From Octopus bimaculoides (Eukaryota), in the NCBI RefSeq assembly GCF_001194135.2, contig NC_068998.1:49193763-49241065 (forward strand): 47,303 nt of DNA, given 5' to 3'. Within the stretch, counting starts at the first letter, position 1, and every line of letters begins with the position of its first letter. Made by a program: the position numbers and the translations under genes. Shown here piece by piece: positions 19,468 to 33,600 of the stretch. The notes under the pieces are model-generated. The model was not told where the DNA came from and searched no databases. It saw only the letters and a program-made list of their open reading frames with translations.

Positions 19468-20226
19468 TATATGAATGTGCAATTGTCAGAACGTAAATAT
19501 AAATATTTTGACGTGGGTAAGGCAATAAGGAGGCATGTAGTAGATCAATAAATAGGTGAATAAAGGTCAAATAAGAATAGGAGATAAAAAAGGAGAAAGA
19601 GAATACAAATAGAGAATAAAGAGATTAAAGTGAAGAGAGAAAAAGCCCGAAAATGATGACAGAAATTTGGAGCTCCATTTTTGTCGATGTCAATGTTGCA
19701 TTTGCAATTTTGTTTTCGTGTATGATAAAATACATAGAAATGAAGTGCTGGTGTGTATTCAACACCCTTCTTCAACATTCAAAGAAACTGTTTGCCTTGT
19801 TCCAATATTTAGATGGCTTCCGTTTCTCCATGTCATCTAACATTTACTCTACTACAACATGAATATGTATAGTCGCCAGCAACATTGAATGGTCACAAAT
19901 TTATCAAGATTTTCCTAAAAAAAATAGATAAATAAAGTTCCTTAAATTTAGGCAGAACACATTGTATATATAATATTGTTCTTCGTTCACTAAGTACTAG
20001 TGCACACAAACATCATAGTTTTCTGTAAAATTACCTTTTATACACCTGTACTGTGGTGAGTGTACAAAAATTAAAGCATTAAAAAGTATTCTGACATAGC
20101 ATGCCATTCATCGAATTTACATGCTCTCTTCGTCAGTTGAAACAGATGTTACATTATATTTAATTATAATAGAAACAGTCACGTGTAAATCGCCTGAATA
20201 TGTAGCTTTCATCACGAAATTACACA

Positions 20227-21666
20227 ATGAAATGTTGTATGATTATTTTCCTGCTCATTTCTAGTAAGTAGCTATAGAATAATAATTTTTCAAATATTGT
20301 TAATATTTGTGCGCTGAATATACATGTGATATAAGCGATGTAGTAATGTATCAATTATGATTTATCCTTTTCTCCTATATTCACTTTCGAAATACATACA
20401 CACCTGCAGATATATATATATATGTATACGCATGCATGTATAGATACAAATATTAAGAAGAAACTTGCAAAGAAACGCACAAGGGACAACAATCATTGCA
20501 CACAGACAAACTGTCCCATCCGTGACACAGATTTATGCCAACGGGTAAATTTTGTGCATAGAATAATCCTGATAGAATTTCTCTCTTTGTTCCTCTGTTC
20601 CTCACTGTAGTCGCCACAATTCTTGGGAAATACTCGATATGTGAGTCCAAAAAGTGCATATTTACACTCAATGCAGATCAAAGTTGCTGGAAACTGGAAA
20701 TCAGGTCTTGAATTAATTTTTCATATTCTGGTAGCTAATAAGTTTTGGAATCTGTTTGAAGGGAAAACCAAGCATTTACCTCGACGCCGGCTTATGTTAC
20801 CTCAAAATGAGGTCCTTTATCAATTCCCGAAGATGACGGCCAACAAAGTTACTTACGTTAGCTTACCTTCTGTCATTCATGTAAACTTTGAATTCAGGTA
20901 CTTGAAAGCGTTACCGTACTTGTTCAGGGTTCACAGACAATTTTCATTTTCGATTTGGAGCCATTTTTTGATTTGGAGAGGCGGCAGTAGAATATTCTTG
21001 GGATCAATTGGTGGCACAGATTTCACGCCGAGATTTTGCCGACAAGAAAGTAAATTTTGAACGCAGTATAGCTGTGTAAATAGTAGAAATATTGTGTATT
21101 TGAACCTTAAAAGACTGAAAAATGTCAGCAGAGGGGTACAGGAGATAAAATTTCCTGATGTTTTCATACCTATACTACTTCCAAAATTTGCTTTCCTGGG
21201 TGTAAGATACCAAACACATTCGACGCTAATAGAAAAAAAATTGTATATAAAATGTTGTCGCATTCCAAAGAACTATGATTGTTTAGTGTTACATTTGTCG
21301 GTCATTTTGGGCAAAAGGCTGTCTAGCTTAATAGCAGGGACACAACAGGTGACTGAGGGCCAGGTGCTGGACATCCGTAGCCGTCCGCTGACAAACTTCA
21401 GCTTTATAATTATAAAATAACCAATCTTAGTTCTGCTTCCACGGCTGTACTGTATTTTGAAACTTACTTTCTTGTCTGTAAAATACCAAACACATTCTAC
21501 GATCGCATTCATTGAAAACGCAACAATTCACATTATGAAGTCAAACTTTACATTTTGTAGGTATCAGGGTATTTTCACGGGATTGCGATGAACTAGCACA
21601 ACGATTGTGCCCTTCTACGTTTGTAGTACTTCTCAATAATAAATTCGAGTATTGCAGGTATGTGTG

Positions 21667-21704
<38 letters not shown>

Positions 21705-24052
21705 NNNNNNNNNNNNNNNNNNNNNNNNNNNNNNNNNNNNNNNNNNNNNNNNNNNNNNNNNNNNNNNNNNNNNNNNNNNNNNNNNNNNNNNNNNNNNNNN
21801 NNNNNNNNNNNNNNNNNNNNNNNNNNNNNNNNNNNNNNNNNNNNNNNNNNNNNNNNNNNNNNNNNNNNNNNNNNNNNNNNNNNNNNNNNNNNNNNNNNNN
21901 NNNNNNNNNNNNNNNNNNNNNNNNNNNNNNNNNNNNNNNNNNNNNNNNNNNNNNNNNNNNNNNNNNNNNNNNNNNNNNNNNNNNNNNNNNNNNNNNNNNN
22001 NNNNNNNNNNNNNNNNNNNNNNNNNNNNNNNNNNNNNNNNNNNNNNNNNNNNNNNNNNNNNNNNNNNNNNNNNNNNNNNNNNNNNNNNNNNNNNNNNNNN
22101 NNNNNNNNNNNNNNNNNNNNNNNNNNNNNNNNNNNNNNNNNNNNNNNNNNNNNNNNNNNNNNNNNNNNNNNNNNNNNNNNNNNNNNNNNNNNNNNNNNNN
22201 NNNNNNNNNNNNNNNNNNNNNNNNNNNNNNNNNNNNNNNNNNNNNNNNNNNNNNNNNNNNNNNNNNNNNNNNNNNNNNNNNNNNNNNNNNNNNNNNNNNN
22301 NNNNNNNNNNNNNNNNNNNNNNNNNNNNNNNNNNNNNNNNNNNNNNNNNNNNNNNNNNNNNNNNNNNNNNNNNNNNNNNNNNNNNNNNNNNNNNNNNNNN
22401 NNNNNNNNNNNNNNNNNNNNNNNNNNNNNNNNNNNNNNNNNNNNNNNNNNNNNNNNNNNNNNNNNNNNNNNNNNNNNNNNNNNNNNNNNNNNNNNNNNNN
22501 NNNNNNNNNNNNNNNNNNNNNNNNNNNNNNNNNNNNNNNNNNNNNNNNNNNNNNNNNNNNNNNNNNNNNNNNNNNNNNNNNNNNNNNNNNNNNNNNNTAT
22601 ATATATATATATATATATATGATCTTATTGTTATGTACGTAGCTACATGTTACATTTGGAGAATTATCTGCTTTTATAAATCGTTTGTCGTTATCAAAAT
22701 GCATGATCTTTTAGATATATCTACAGGGATGAAAGAATATTGCATCAGTATTGAAAGAATCTCCGCGCATAGCATTTGAAAGAGATAGAAAGATGTGGAA
22801 ATCCGTTGGTGCCGAATCAGGAGCGTACGGCTGGTGTGGCAGCACTTCCCAGCCATGCGTTTGAATGGCTTCCTTGGTCAAATTAGCGATATGAGGGAGG
22901 GCGTTCTCGTGCAGCAGAATAACTCCATGTTGCCGATTAGGTCTTTTCTCTTGAATAGCCGTGTTGAGTCCTTCCTTCTGTTGAACATAGATTTCCACGT
23001 TGACCTTTTGGTTCCGTTCAAGCAATTCTTAATGGATAATCCCTTCGCAGTCCCACCATCCGCACATCGTTTTACGCGGATGAAGATCTTGTTTCACGCG
23101 CGGTGTTGCTTGTTTACCTGGGCTAAGCAATTCCTTACATTGCCTCATATTGATGTGCAGGCACCATCTTTTGCCGCCAGTAACGATTCGGTAAAGAAAT
23201 CGATACATGTGTCCATGAGTTGAGCGGTGACGAGCAAGCAAACCAGTGAAGATTGTGGCTCGTAGATTTTTGTTGTTGTTACTTAAAGCATGCGGAACCC
23301 ATGCTTCATACTTCTAAACATGCTTCTTTATAGCGGTATGGGAGCATTCCATTTTCTCTGCCAGTTCCCTGGTCGTTTGATGGAAATATTCGTGCAAAAG
23401 TTGGTTTAATCGCTCTCCATCGAAATCAACTGGACGGCCAGAACGAGGTGCATCTTTGAGGTCAACATTTCCAAATTTTGAACTTGGCATACCAATCACG
23501 AGCAATTCTTTCAGCTATGGCTCCCTCTCCATACACAGCACAAATGTCACCAACAGCTTTTGCGGCCTTAGAACCTTGATTAAAAGCAAAAAGAATGAGG
23601 TGTCGAAAATGCTCGGTTTTCTTAACATGACATTCTATTTTAATGATCTGAAAATAAGCAAAATTAACAAATATTAACAGTATCAAAATAAACTTTCATT
23701 GCTCGAAAACAACCAGTAAGACTAACAAATCTGGAAAATATAACTATGTATTGGTAAATATGGTAAATATTTACAATAATGGCAGTACAGTGGTGTTATA
23801 AAATGATCGAGTCGTCACCAGAATCATAAATCCCAAAAGAATAGATTGAATATGTGAGTTCTTCATAACGGAGAGTTGAATGTCAAAGATGACGGTCGTA
23901 TTTCTTTCCGAAATGTCAGCGTTTTCTGCTTAAATTCGTAATTTCTTGGAGCCGATCAAAGCAGATGTGAAGGTATCTTCTTGATAACTTCTTGAGAATA
24001 ACTAAAACTTAAATATTTATAATACTATAATTAATAAAAAAAATACGTTCTC

Positions 24053-24086
<34 letters not shown>

Positions 24087-25029
24087 CTAATTAGAGAAAA
24101 CACACTACATTGAACGAAATATGAATAAATAGATATTTATTTTTGCCCATTTTGAATTTAAGTTGGTTCAATTATTCTATCGTTGTTTGAAGATATCCGA
24201 CGGGCTAAACTCTAGATAATTTTATAATTGACAGTGAAGTTGTGTTTTCTGTTTTGATGTAGAATTATGAGAGGCTATTTTGTCTTCGATAACTGCGTAT
24301 ACATTTTTATCTATTCTACCTATAATTCTAAGCCATTTCAAAGGCGTGTCTAATTTCAGAATAGAGATGATATTAAAATATAAAACATAAAGCAATACCT
24401 GAATGTATAATTTTGTTTCATATTTTACCTTCCAGTACTTACAAGGACTTTGATAAATGCTTTCGATGGGAAAGCCTATCTTGTTTAAATCAGTACAGAA
24501 CTAAATTTAATAGCGTATGTGCGGTACGTAGCTTGTATTACTTTAGTTATATTTGCCAACAACCGTCTGAGAAACTAACGATTGAAATAGATTGCTTCAT
24601 TGTAAGAATATAAACAGTCATTATTTCCTTAAAGTCACTCGTGACGGAATAATGGTTCAAGGAAAGAAAAACTGTTATTTAGCTACATTTGTATTTTCTT
24701 TCAATTGTATTAGTAAAGAATGTGGTTTACGAATTGCCATAATGACATACACGTAACGAACAATCATGACTGCTATATTTTTAAATAACCTTTCAAAAAC
24801 AATTGTTTCCTACTTCTAAGATTTTTAATCGATCGCAATATTCTGACGTCTATATTCAGTAGAGGATGTTAGTGCATATGTTTGAAAATGTATTATCTCA
24901 TTTTGAAACTAAATTTTCACAATACTTCGATATTTATTTCAGGGAAAGTCTGGTGACAGCGTTGGAATAAGCAAAACATTTCTATTGCCGCTGAGTATTC
25001 AATATATTACTACAACTACATTAGATTGA
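20227..25029 (+). CDS. P4: paralog, 102 aa; join(20227..20263,21561..21657,24436..24523,24943..25029)
   Basis: MKCCMIIFLLISSIRVFSRDCDELAQRLCPSTFVVLLNNKFEYCSTYKDFDKCFRWESLSCLNQYRTKFNSVCAGKSGDSVGISKTFLLPLSIQYITTTTLD. Donors gtaagt/gtatgt/gtacgt. Exon 3 is visible inside track ORF 24413..24613. Confidence 0.85.
22745..23700 (-). mobile_element. Degenerate near-full-length mariner transposase in P4 intron 2
   Basis: Track ORFs on the minus strand: EHFRHLILFAFNQGSKAAKAVGDICAVYGEGAIAERIARDWYAKFK, GNVDLKDAPRSGRPVDFD, AWVPHAL (mariner WVPHEL), RIVTGGKRW (TGDEKW), LLHENALPH, HQPYAPDSAPTDFHIF (YSPDLAPSDFHLF). Contains frameshifts and catalytic-motif substitutions. Confidence 0.9.
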
Positions 25030-25659
25030 AGGATACACTTGTTTTAATTGAAAATAATTCTATTGAAACATTTCTGTAGCAAAGGAAGCTGTTGTTTTGT
25101 TATCACTGAAATAGTATGTAAACCTTTTCGACATGGCTACACTAACAGTATCATGTGTATGAATTTTAACTCCGATAAACTGGAAAAGAAAAACAGATTG
25201 TTTTCCATTAGTATTACGGTGTAATGTACCTATTATTTAATTACCAGAGAGTGAATGAAAGTATTAAAACAAGTGTATTACAACATGTATCTTCCGTATT
25301 AAAGTCATATTTAAACTCCTAGCTGAAATAGAAGGCTTTATAGCAAATGACATGCATTAGATATGCAATATATATTGTATGTCTGTTGCAATGTAAATTC
25401 AACACTAGAACGTTAAAAGACGTTCTCGATGTAAGGACAGTTGTAGACAATTGATTTGAGAAAGCGCGTAGTTACAGTAAACGTATGGATAGTTTAACTT
25501 ATGTTATACATAGCTTATAACTCTATGCATAGGAATTACAATTATGAGAATGAGATGCTAGTTTCATAATACAAGTAAGTAGATCTATTCCTTGCTGTAA
25601 TATGTTTAAAGTACTTGTAAAGTGTGTGTATGTATGTATATATCACAATCGCGTGAGCG

Positions 25660-25890
25660 ACCAGTCTGTAAGGCGCTGTTGCTCATCGATTACGAAAATA
25701 TATTTTGCATTGTTTAAGATTTCAAAGGAAGCCATCCACCTCGGTAGGAGAGCAGGTTAAAATTCACCCCGCTTATCACAAGGATTTGACTAACGTGAAA
25801 TGAAGTGTTTTGCTATAGAACACAATTTGGCGTCTGGTATCGTAATCGACCCCACGATCTGGCGATGCAATCGTGCAGTAGCTTGACCAT
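25660..25890 (-). mobile_element. Degraded SINE-like element of a second type
   Basis: GC-richer island containing gaaatgaagtgttttgctatagaacac...atcgaccccacgatct, which on the minus strand resembles a tRNA-like head (agatcgtggggtcgatt). Confidence 0.4.
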
Positions 25891-25921
25891 CCGGTATTCA
25901 CAAGCACACACATACATAAAT

Positions 25922-26037
<116 letters not shown>

Positions 26038-27759
26038 AAGTTTAAAGTTATGGCCGCTCATATAGTGACCATTAGCTTCGCTCCTATAAAGAATCTCAAG
26101 AGGTGCCAATAACCTTAAAGGCATTATATCTGCGGTAACAACGATGACTGGCTGTATGTTTTAACTTCCTAAAATTACATTACGAATCTAATGCATTAGA
26201 GTGTGCTTTTTCTTCAGATATATTAAATACTGGCGATATACAAACTCATACAGACACAGACACAAACACACATGCACACACACATGCACACACACATGTC
26301 TATAATACATCAAATGTGAGCTTGAATCTTGCTTGTTTGCTTGCAATATTACTCAGCGAAACTGGTGCATAATGGGATAATACTATGAATTAAGTCGAAC
26401 CTGAAATGTGAATAAGCGATAAGACAGGTTTCTCGTAAATCGGACAACTGGTTATTGAAATATTACTGATTTTCGGGGTATAAATACCAAAACGGTGCAT
26501 TATGGGAAAGTTCTGCGAAAATAACTTAATCCTGAAAGGTAATAAACTCTTCTATTTTCGCTTTTGTCAAGCACAATATTTTAATCATTTAGAAATATTT
26601 TTAAGTGAAAGTAATTTCAAGGATATAACGTATTTGTACAGTAAGTACAGTAAAATTTTAGCTTTCTTTAAACTGACAATATTTTTATGTCTTTTTTACA
26701 ATTATTTTCAAGTGAATACCATTACAAATAATTTTTTGGCAAATCTAAAAATTATTTAAAAATGAAAATGAGTTTAAAAATACGGTAAAAATTTCGTAAA
26801 ACACCCGTTCGTACCCTCGGTGAGAAATAATGTTTTTACATAGGTTTTCTTCTAGTGAATTCAACGTATGTCACCGCCAAAGATTTGCCTGCTAATTCTG
26901 TCACGCTCTGCTACCGCGTAACAGCTCTTTGCAATAAAGGACCCGAAATACCTGTTACGTGGTTGAAGGGCGTGAAAAAAGTAGCAGCCAAATCTTTCCT
27001 TTTCTGTTCAAAGGATCCGATTTTAGTATCAGATTCGTTGAAAGGATGCGCAATAACCTGGAAACGAAAAACAAACCCACAGAACAGAACACCGTTGCTG
27101 GCAAACTCAGTCTTTTCCGGTGACCCAGCGTGTCATGGGTAGTCTTGCATATAAATTGTCAGAACGTAATTGTCAGAACGTTAATATAAGTATTTTGAGG
27201 CGGGGGTGAAGCAATAAGAAGGCAAGTAACAGCGTAAAAAAAAGTGAATAAGGGTAAAATGAATAGGAGATAAAAAAAAGGAGAAAGAGAATAGAAATAG
27301 AGAATAAACAGATTAAAGTGAAGAGAGAAAAAAGAGCGAAGATGCGGACGAAAATTTACAGTTCCATTTCCGTCGATGTCGGCGTTGCATTTGCTCTTAT
27401 TGGTGTTCGATAAAAAATACAGAAATGAAGTGCTGGTGTGGATACAATACCCTTTTTCCACACTCACCGAAATTATTTGTTTTACCCCAAAATTTGAAAC
27501 CAATATTCAGATGGTTTCCATTTTCCCATGTCATCTAAAATTTTCTCATTTACAACATAAATGTTTATGACGTTGAATAGTCACAAATTCACAAAATTTT
27601 TTCTTTAAAAATAGATAAATAAAAGTCGTTAAATTTAGGCCGAAAACATTGTATTTGTAATATTATTCTTCGTTCACCAAGTACAGGTACACACAAACAT
27701 CACACTTTTCCGTAAAATTATCTTTTATACACCTGTAGTGTTGGTGAATGTACAAAAAT

Positions 27760-27911
27760 AAGGCGTAAATGTATTATGACATAGCATGTCAATGATCAAA
27801 CTTACATGCTTTCTCTGTCAGTTGAAGCAGATGTGACATCCTATTTAATTATAATAGAAATTGCCACGTGGAAGTTGCCAAAATATGACGATTTGATCAC
27901 GAAATTAAAGA
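27760..27911 (+). promoter_or_regulatory. Conserved proximal promoter block of the family (representative copy; homologs precede all nine first exons)
   Basis: Ordered motifs: atgtca(a/t)tgatca, then CAGTTG-n3-CANNTG-nn-ACAT, then a TATA-like attataa(t/a)agaaa, then CACGTG 47 nt before the ATG (at 15457, 20180, 27865, 37687). Function is inferred from conservation and position only. Confidence 0.5.
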
Positions 27912-27948
27912 ATGAAATATTCTATGATTATTTTTTTTCTTATTTCTC
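27912..27948 (+). pseudogene. P5: orphan exon 1 (MKYSMIIFFLIS+c|gtaggt) with promoter block and partial intron 1; either a truncated duplicate or an alternative first exon for P6
   Basis: The conserved upstream block (about 27150-27910) and the 37-nt exon are present. The following sequence (about 28430-29100) matches intron 1 of other copies, then joins the P6 upstream block. No exons 2-4 were found. Confidence 0.65.
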
Positions 27949-28110
27949 GTAGGTATCTATATGTTAATTAGTTTTAATATACTGTTTATATTTGTGCTCT
28001 GAATATACATGTGATATAAACAATGTATAATATATCTATTAGGTTTCATCTCCTTCACATTCGTCATATAAACACACTTTTACATAGATATGCATACATA
28101 TGCACGGATC

Positions 28111-28149
<39 letters not shown>

Positions 28150-28238
28150 CAATTATGTATATATACATACATACATACACACACACACAGACACACACAC
28201 ACACACACATATATATGTATATATATATATATGTATGC

Positions 28239-28289
<51 letters not shown>

Positions 28290-28333
28290 AGTGTGTGTCT
28301 ACGTACTTACATCTATACGTATATATATGTATA

Positions 28334-28379
<46 letters not shown>

Positions 28380-29914
28380 TATATATATACACACACATAT
28401 ATATATATACGTATATGCACCAGAAATGAAGATGATGATCATTGCATCTGTTTCAGCTGTGAACACAGTTGTCCGATTATCTGAATTAGCAGCGCGTTCT
28501 GATATGTGAGGGAAATGTTTCTATTGTATAAAAGAAAATTTATACAGCCTTTTCAAAATATTATCGATGATAATCCAGGTAAATAAATGAAGACAAAAGC
28601 ACATCATGAACCGGAGTCAACTATCAGAAATGTGATGAAGAACGATATGGTGTATTTACTGAGAAGTGGACTGCGTATAACATCCAAGATACGGGAAATT
28701 GGTTGATCAATGTCAAGCAGATACTTAACAAGAATAAATCTCACGAATATTCGGTTGTTCTCTGTTTAAGAAAAACGCTGATTAACGGGCAAAAGTAATA
28801 AGAGAAATCGCAGATTATCATATACAGTACTCTCTGCTATATCCTCAGAAACATTGACAAGAAATATGATAGATTTAGAGGTTATGAGTGATCAAGATGA
28901 TGTCACACCTCATACCTTCTACCGGAGATTTAGTATTTATACTAGTCTTCGTTGAGATGTTGAATTTAATATTTAATCCGCTTACGATCATGTAACGCCT
29001 GACAAGAGAGATTCAAGCATACTACACTTAAGTCCCTCTGAATTGTACGTTTGACGCAGGTGGAATGGACAAATCCACATACTCACAATTCAAGAAGCTT
29101 CTTTGAAGGCCAACTTCGTTCGAATGATGTCGAAAATGAAGATGTTGCAGGCATATCAACGTTTGCAGCCCCAGTTTGATGCAGGCAACGAAATGTACAC
29201 CAGTTTCATACGAAAAATCTTCTGAATAAATATCTCGAGAATACGTAAGTCTGCTTTTGGAATTTTTTCTTATATGATTTTATTCATGGATGTGGTCTTC
29301 CGTATTATCGATTTGCTGGTTTGAATTATCTACACTATTATGCTTCATCACGTAAAATATTTCAGTACAATAAATATTAATGATTATAAATATGGGAACT
29401 TTTAATAATTAAAACGATTTAATGAATCATGGAAAAACATATTCTGTTAGTGTTAGGAATATGTATATTCCAAATCAACATGAAATGAATCATTTTATCA
29501 TAAAATGAATGATGGATCCTCATCATCAACTGAAATAAACGTAAGAAAAACTATGCTCTTAAATGTGAAGAGAGGAAAAGAGCGAAAATAAGAGCGGAAA
29601 TTGTGAGTTCTATTACCATCGATGTTGATGGAACCTTTCCTCCAGATTCGATGAAATATGCAGAAATGAAGTGCCGGGTTGAATGTGATGAGCTTTTACC
29701 ACACTAACCGAAATAGCTTGCCTTGTCCCCAAATTTGAAACTGGCTTCCATTTCTCCATGTCATCTGACATTTTCTCAATTACAACGCGAATATATATGC
29801 TCTCCAGCGATGTTGCATGGTCAGAAATTCATCGAGTTTTTCCTTAAAAAATACATAAATAGATGTCGTTAAATTAAGATCCAACACATTGTATTTGTAA
29901 TATAGGTTCTTCGT

Positions 29915-30130
29915 TTAAGGCGGTGAACTGGTAGAACAGACAGCACGCCGGGTGAAATGCTTAGCGGTATTTCTTCTGTCTTTATGTTCTGAGTTCAAAT
30001 TCCGCCGAGGTCGACTTTGACTGTCATCTTTATGGGGTCGATAAATTAAGTACCAGTTGCATACTGGAGTCGATCTAATAAACTGGAGCCCTCCACCAAA
30101 ATTTCGGACCTTCAGTCTAGAGCAGAAACG
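29915..30130 (+). mobile_element. tRNA-like SINE in the P6 upstream region
   Basis: ggcggtgaactggtagaa...gagttcaaattccgccgaggtcgacttt...ggggtcgataaattaagtaccagtt...gaaacgaatatt, with a B-box-like GAGTTCAAATTCC. Other copies occur elsewhere in the window. Confidence 0.75.
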
Positions 30131-30390
30131 AATATTCGGGCCTCGTTCACTAATTACAGGAACGCACAAATATCACGATTTTCTGTAAAATTATCTTTTA
30201 CGCACCTGTCGTGCTCGTGCATGTACAAAAAGAATAAACATATGAAAATATATTATGGCATTGCATGTCATTGATCAAATTTACAAGCTGTCTCTGTCAG
30301 TTGAAACACATGTCACATCATATTTAATAGCAATATATATTTCCACACGCAAAACGCCAGAATACGAACTGTTCGACACAAAATTAGACA

Positions 30391-30722
30391 ATGAAATGTC
30401 TTATCATTTTTGTCTTCCTCATTTTCTGTAAGTATCTATATGGAAATTATTTTGTAATGTAAGAAAAAAAAAGCACTGGAGAGGCGAAGCATAACCAACG
30501 CGCAAACACACAGACGAACAGACTAAGACGAGGGATTTCAATAATCTGCTTTCGCTTACGCGCGCATGGTTATTGCTGTTCCTATTTGTGTGCAGAATAT
30601 TGATATGATATACGGGATCTATTTTGTCTCAAAACCATTTTTAATTCTCCCTTTTCATGCAGGCCCACATGAATTAATACATACATACAAACATACATGC
30701 ATGCCTACATGCATACTTATAA

Positions 30723-30765
<43 letters not shown>

Positions 30766-33135
30766 TAGCTGCTATATTAAATCTCTGAGCGAGATGTAAA
30801 CAGTAACAATATGAATTCGTAACATAATTGTCAACTAAGAGTTGCGTCCCATACGGGACAGTGCTAGCGGCGTTTATAGCCCCAGGAAGATATCTAATCC
30901 AGCCGGCCTAAGACACAAATTCTGTGTCACTAAGGATGTGCCTGAACCCAGAATGCAACTACCATCATCTGAAGGGCACAAAACGATCGAAAATTAAATA
31001 TAAATAGCAACAGAAGAGTCCGACAACAACAACAAAAACGACAATACAACCACACTTTACCTATAACCAAACAACGAAGACATTCCTGTTAAATGTACGT
31101 GGCATGAACCCATTACTCACTGCGCCAAAATGGAAGATCCCACACATAGAGAGATGGCTTGCCGAAACGGCATATTGCATCCCTTTCTTTATCCTTATTG
31201 AAACTCACTTAAATAGCACTCATATGGATGCCGAGGTAAAAATAATAGATTTCACCATCATCCGTACAGATTGCACAGACCGAAATAAAGTGAGAACAGC
31301 CATCTTTCTCCATGACTCCTTTTCAGTTGATGCCAAGGGCTTAGTTTCCAATGACTATTGTGAATCAATGTCCCTATTCATCAAGACCAAAGACAATCAT
31401 TGTTGGCTTTACAGGCCTCTTCAAACACCTCTAAAGTGCTTTGAAGAATGACTCAACAAAATCAATTCCTTCCTTCAAAAATACAACTCCGGAAACATAC
31501 TGGTGATGCGTGATTTGAAACTCCCTTATGTAAACTGGACCACCTATACTCTGAAGTTAGGCAAATGTTCTACAACAGACAAAGCAGCAGCAGAAGTATT
31601 CTTTAATCTAATGGATTTTTCCTGACTCAGCTAGTGCCGGAACCAACGAAATAGAATAAAACTGCTTTCGATCTAATATTAACCAACCACTATAGCTCTG
31701 TTCACAGTATTCCAGTTGAAAAGCCTCTCCTCTCAGACCACCCTATGATACTCTACAACTTTAATTTCCGGCATATCAAAACAAAAGCAGCCAATCCCAC
31801 TCCATTGCACTTATTTGACAACATAAATTTCAACAAAGCGGACTGGGGAGCAATCACAAAGGATCTGTCCTTCATAAATTGGTCCTTCACTCTCAGTTCC
31901 ACTGACATTGAGACCGCCTGGCAGCCCTTTGAGGACACTGCTGTTTATATGCGCTTCCAAGCTTCTGTTGTTGGATGCCATGAGAGTTTCACCTCAAGGT
32001 TGGGAGTTTCAGGGCATCCTCTCAATCGCAGGATAATGCTAATAATATAGCCTAAATAGGATAAACTACCCCTATTTTGCAGAAAAAAGTGTAGGTAGTT
32101 ATATATCTCTATAATTGTATATATATTCTACATGATAATTTTATAACACAATATCTGTGATTAAAATATTTTGGTTTATAAGTTGTGTTCATAATATAAA
32201 ACTTCTTATACCACGACTAAGAATCAAGATTGTGATATCTGCACAGAGTCATTAAAAATGTATTGTGAAGTTGTTTCGAAGCCTTTGTGATGCTGACAAA
32301 AAGATGGAACAAGATTGTTACAAAGTCAAAACGGAGACTAAATTCTGTCGTATTATGAAGGGAAAAAACAAATGAGACAGCATTTTCTACACTAATAAAA
32401 AGAACGAATATTATGCTAAACATGTAAATACAAGAAACACATTCAGTGTCCCCAAATTTATATTTTGACGAGTAATTATTACGTCAAATGTTTCATTCAA
32501 GGGTGTCGAAAGATACCCCATGAGGATTTATCCAAAATATGATTTATTTAAAGTATAATAAATGATAGCATAAAAGCTTCGGTTCCGACTGTAAACAAGC
32601 AGTTCTACGGACAACTGAATTACCTGTGCAATCCGATATGGTAGACACTGAGTGGAATATTTCAATTGAAGAAAACAAATCGTTAGACACAGCAATTTAT
32701 ACAACGTGTTCTAAATATTATCGATGATAAACCAGGTAAACAAATGGAGGCCATTTCTGAACATCATCATGTATCGGAGTCAGAAACGTGATGAAAGAGG
32801 ACACTCGATATATGGCGTGTTTATGTAAAGTAGCGTATTTATGTCAGCTGATAAGCACACGGTAAGAACTATATTGAAACGTCTTTAGGGCGCTCAAAAA
32901 TACACAAAATAGAACATCAAACAGTATAATCTCTATCATAAGAAACTAACATGATTTGTAATTGGGAATAATCATTCAATATTTTCAAGAGAAAACTCAT
33001 ATTTTAGGCGCAGTGTCATCTGGACTGGATTGCATTGAAGTTGCTAGACGTGACTGTCCTTCTACCTTTCTATATCCTCTACTAGATGTTAAGACATTCT
33101 GCAGGTAAGTATAGTTATATTTAAAAGCGTATATA

Positions 33136-33173
<38 letters not shown>

Positions 33174-33548
33174 CCTACATTTGGTCTCAATATTAACTTA
33201 ATATTTTTAAAATTGCATAATGACAGATATTTCCTTTTATAAAACTATTACCAAAATGCTAGATGTATTTGTATAGAATCACGACAACGAATCTGAAATC
33301 TCCTTTGATCAATATATCAAATCTGCATGTACAATCTTTTGGTTTTTAAACTTGCACCGAAAGCGATTATGTTTCCGCTACAAATTATCTAACGCAGTTG
33401 ACTGTGATTTCAGTGGCTAACTCTCTCTCTCCCCCTCTCCCTCTCCATATATATATATACACACACATATACATATACATGTACCCATATATATACATAT
33501 ACATATATATGCCCATGTATATGCATATATATATATATATATATCCCC

Positions 33549-33600
<52 letters not shown>

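Noticed and set aside
17330-20700. Shared segment atagaatttctctc...gtcgccaca at about 17345-17400 and 20570-20630
   Set aside because: Probably an interspersed repeat or paralogous intron 1 sequence. No coding or structural signal could be supported.
29100-29190. Candidate exon 2 for orphan P5
   Set aside because: It lacks the DC-x7-C-x12/14-C pattern and a phase-2 GT donor.
29915-30010. tRNA gene call for the GAGTTCAAATTCC-containing segment
   Set aside because: No complete cloverleaf is evident, and it is the head of a multi-copy SINE.
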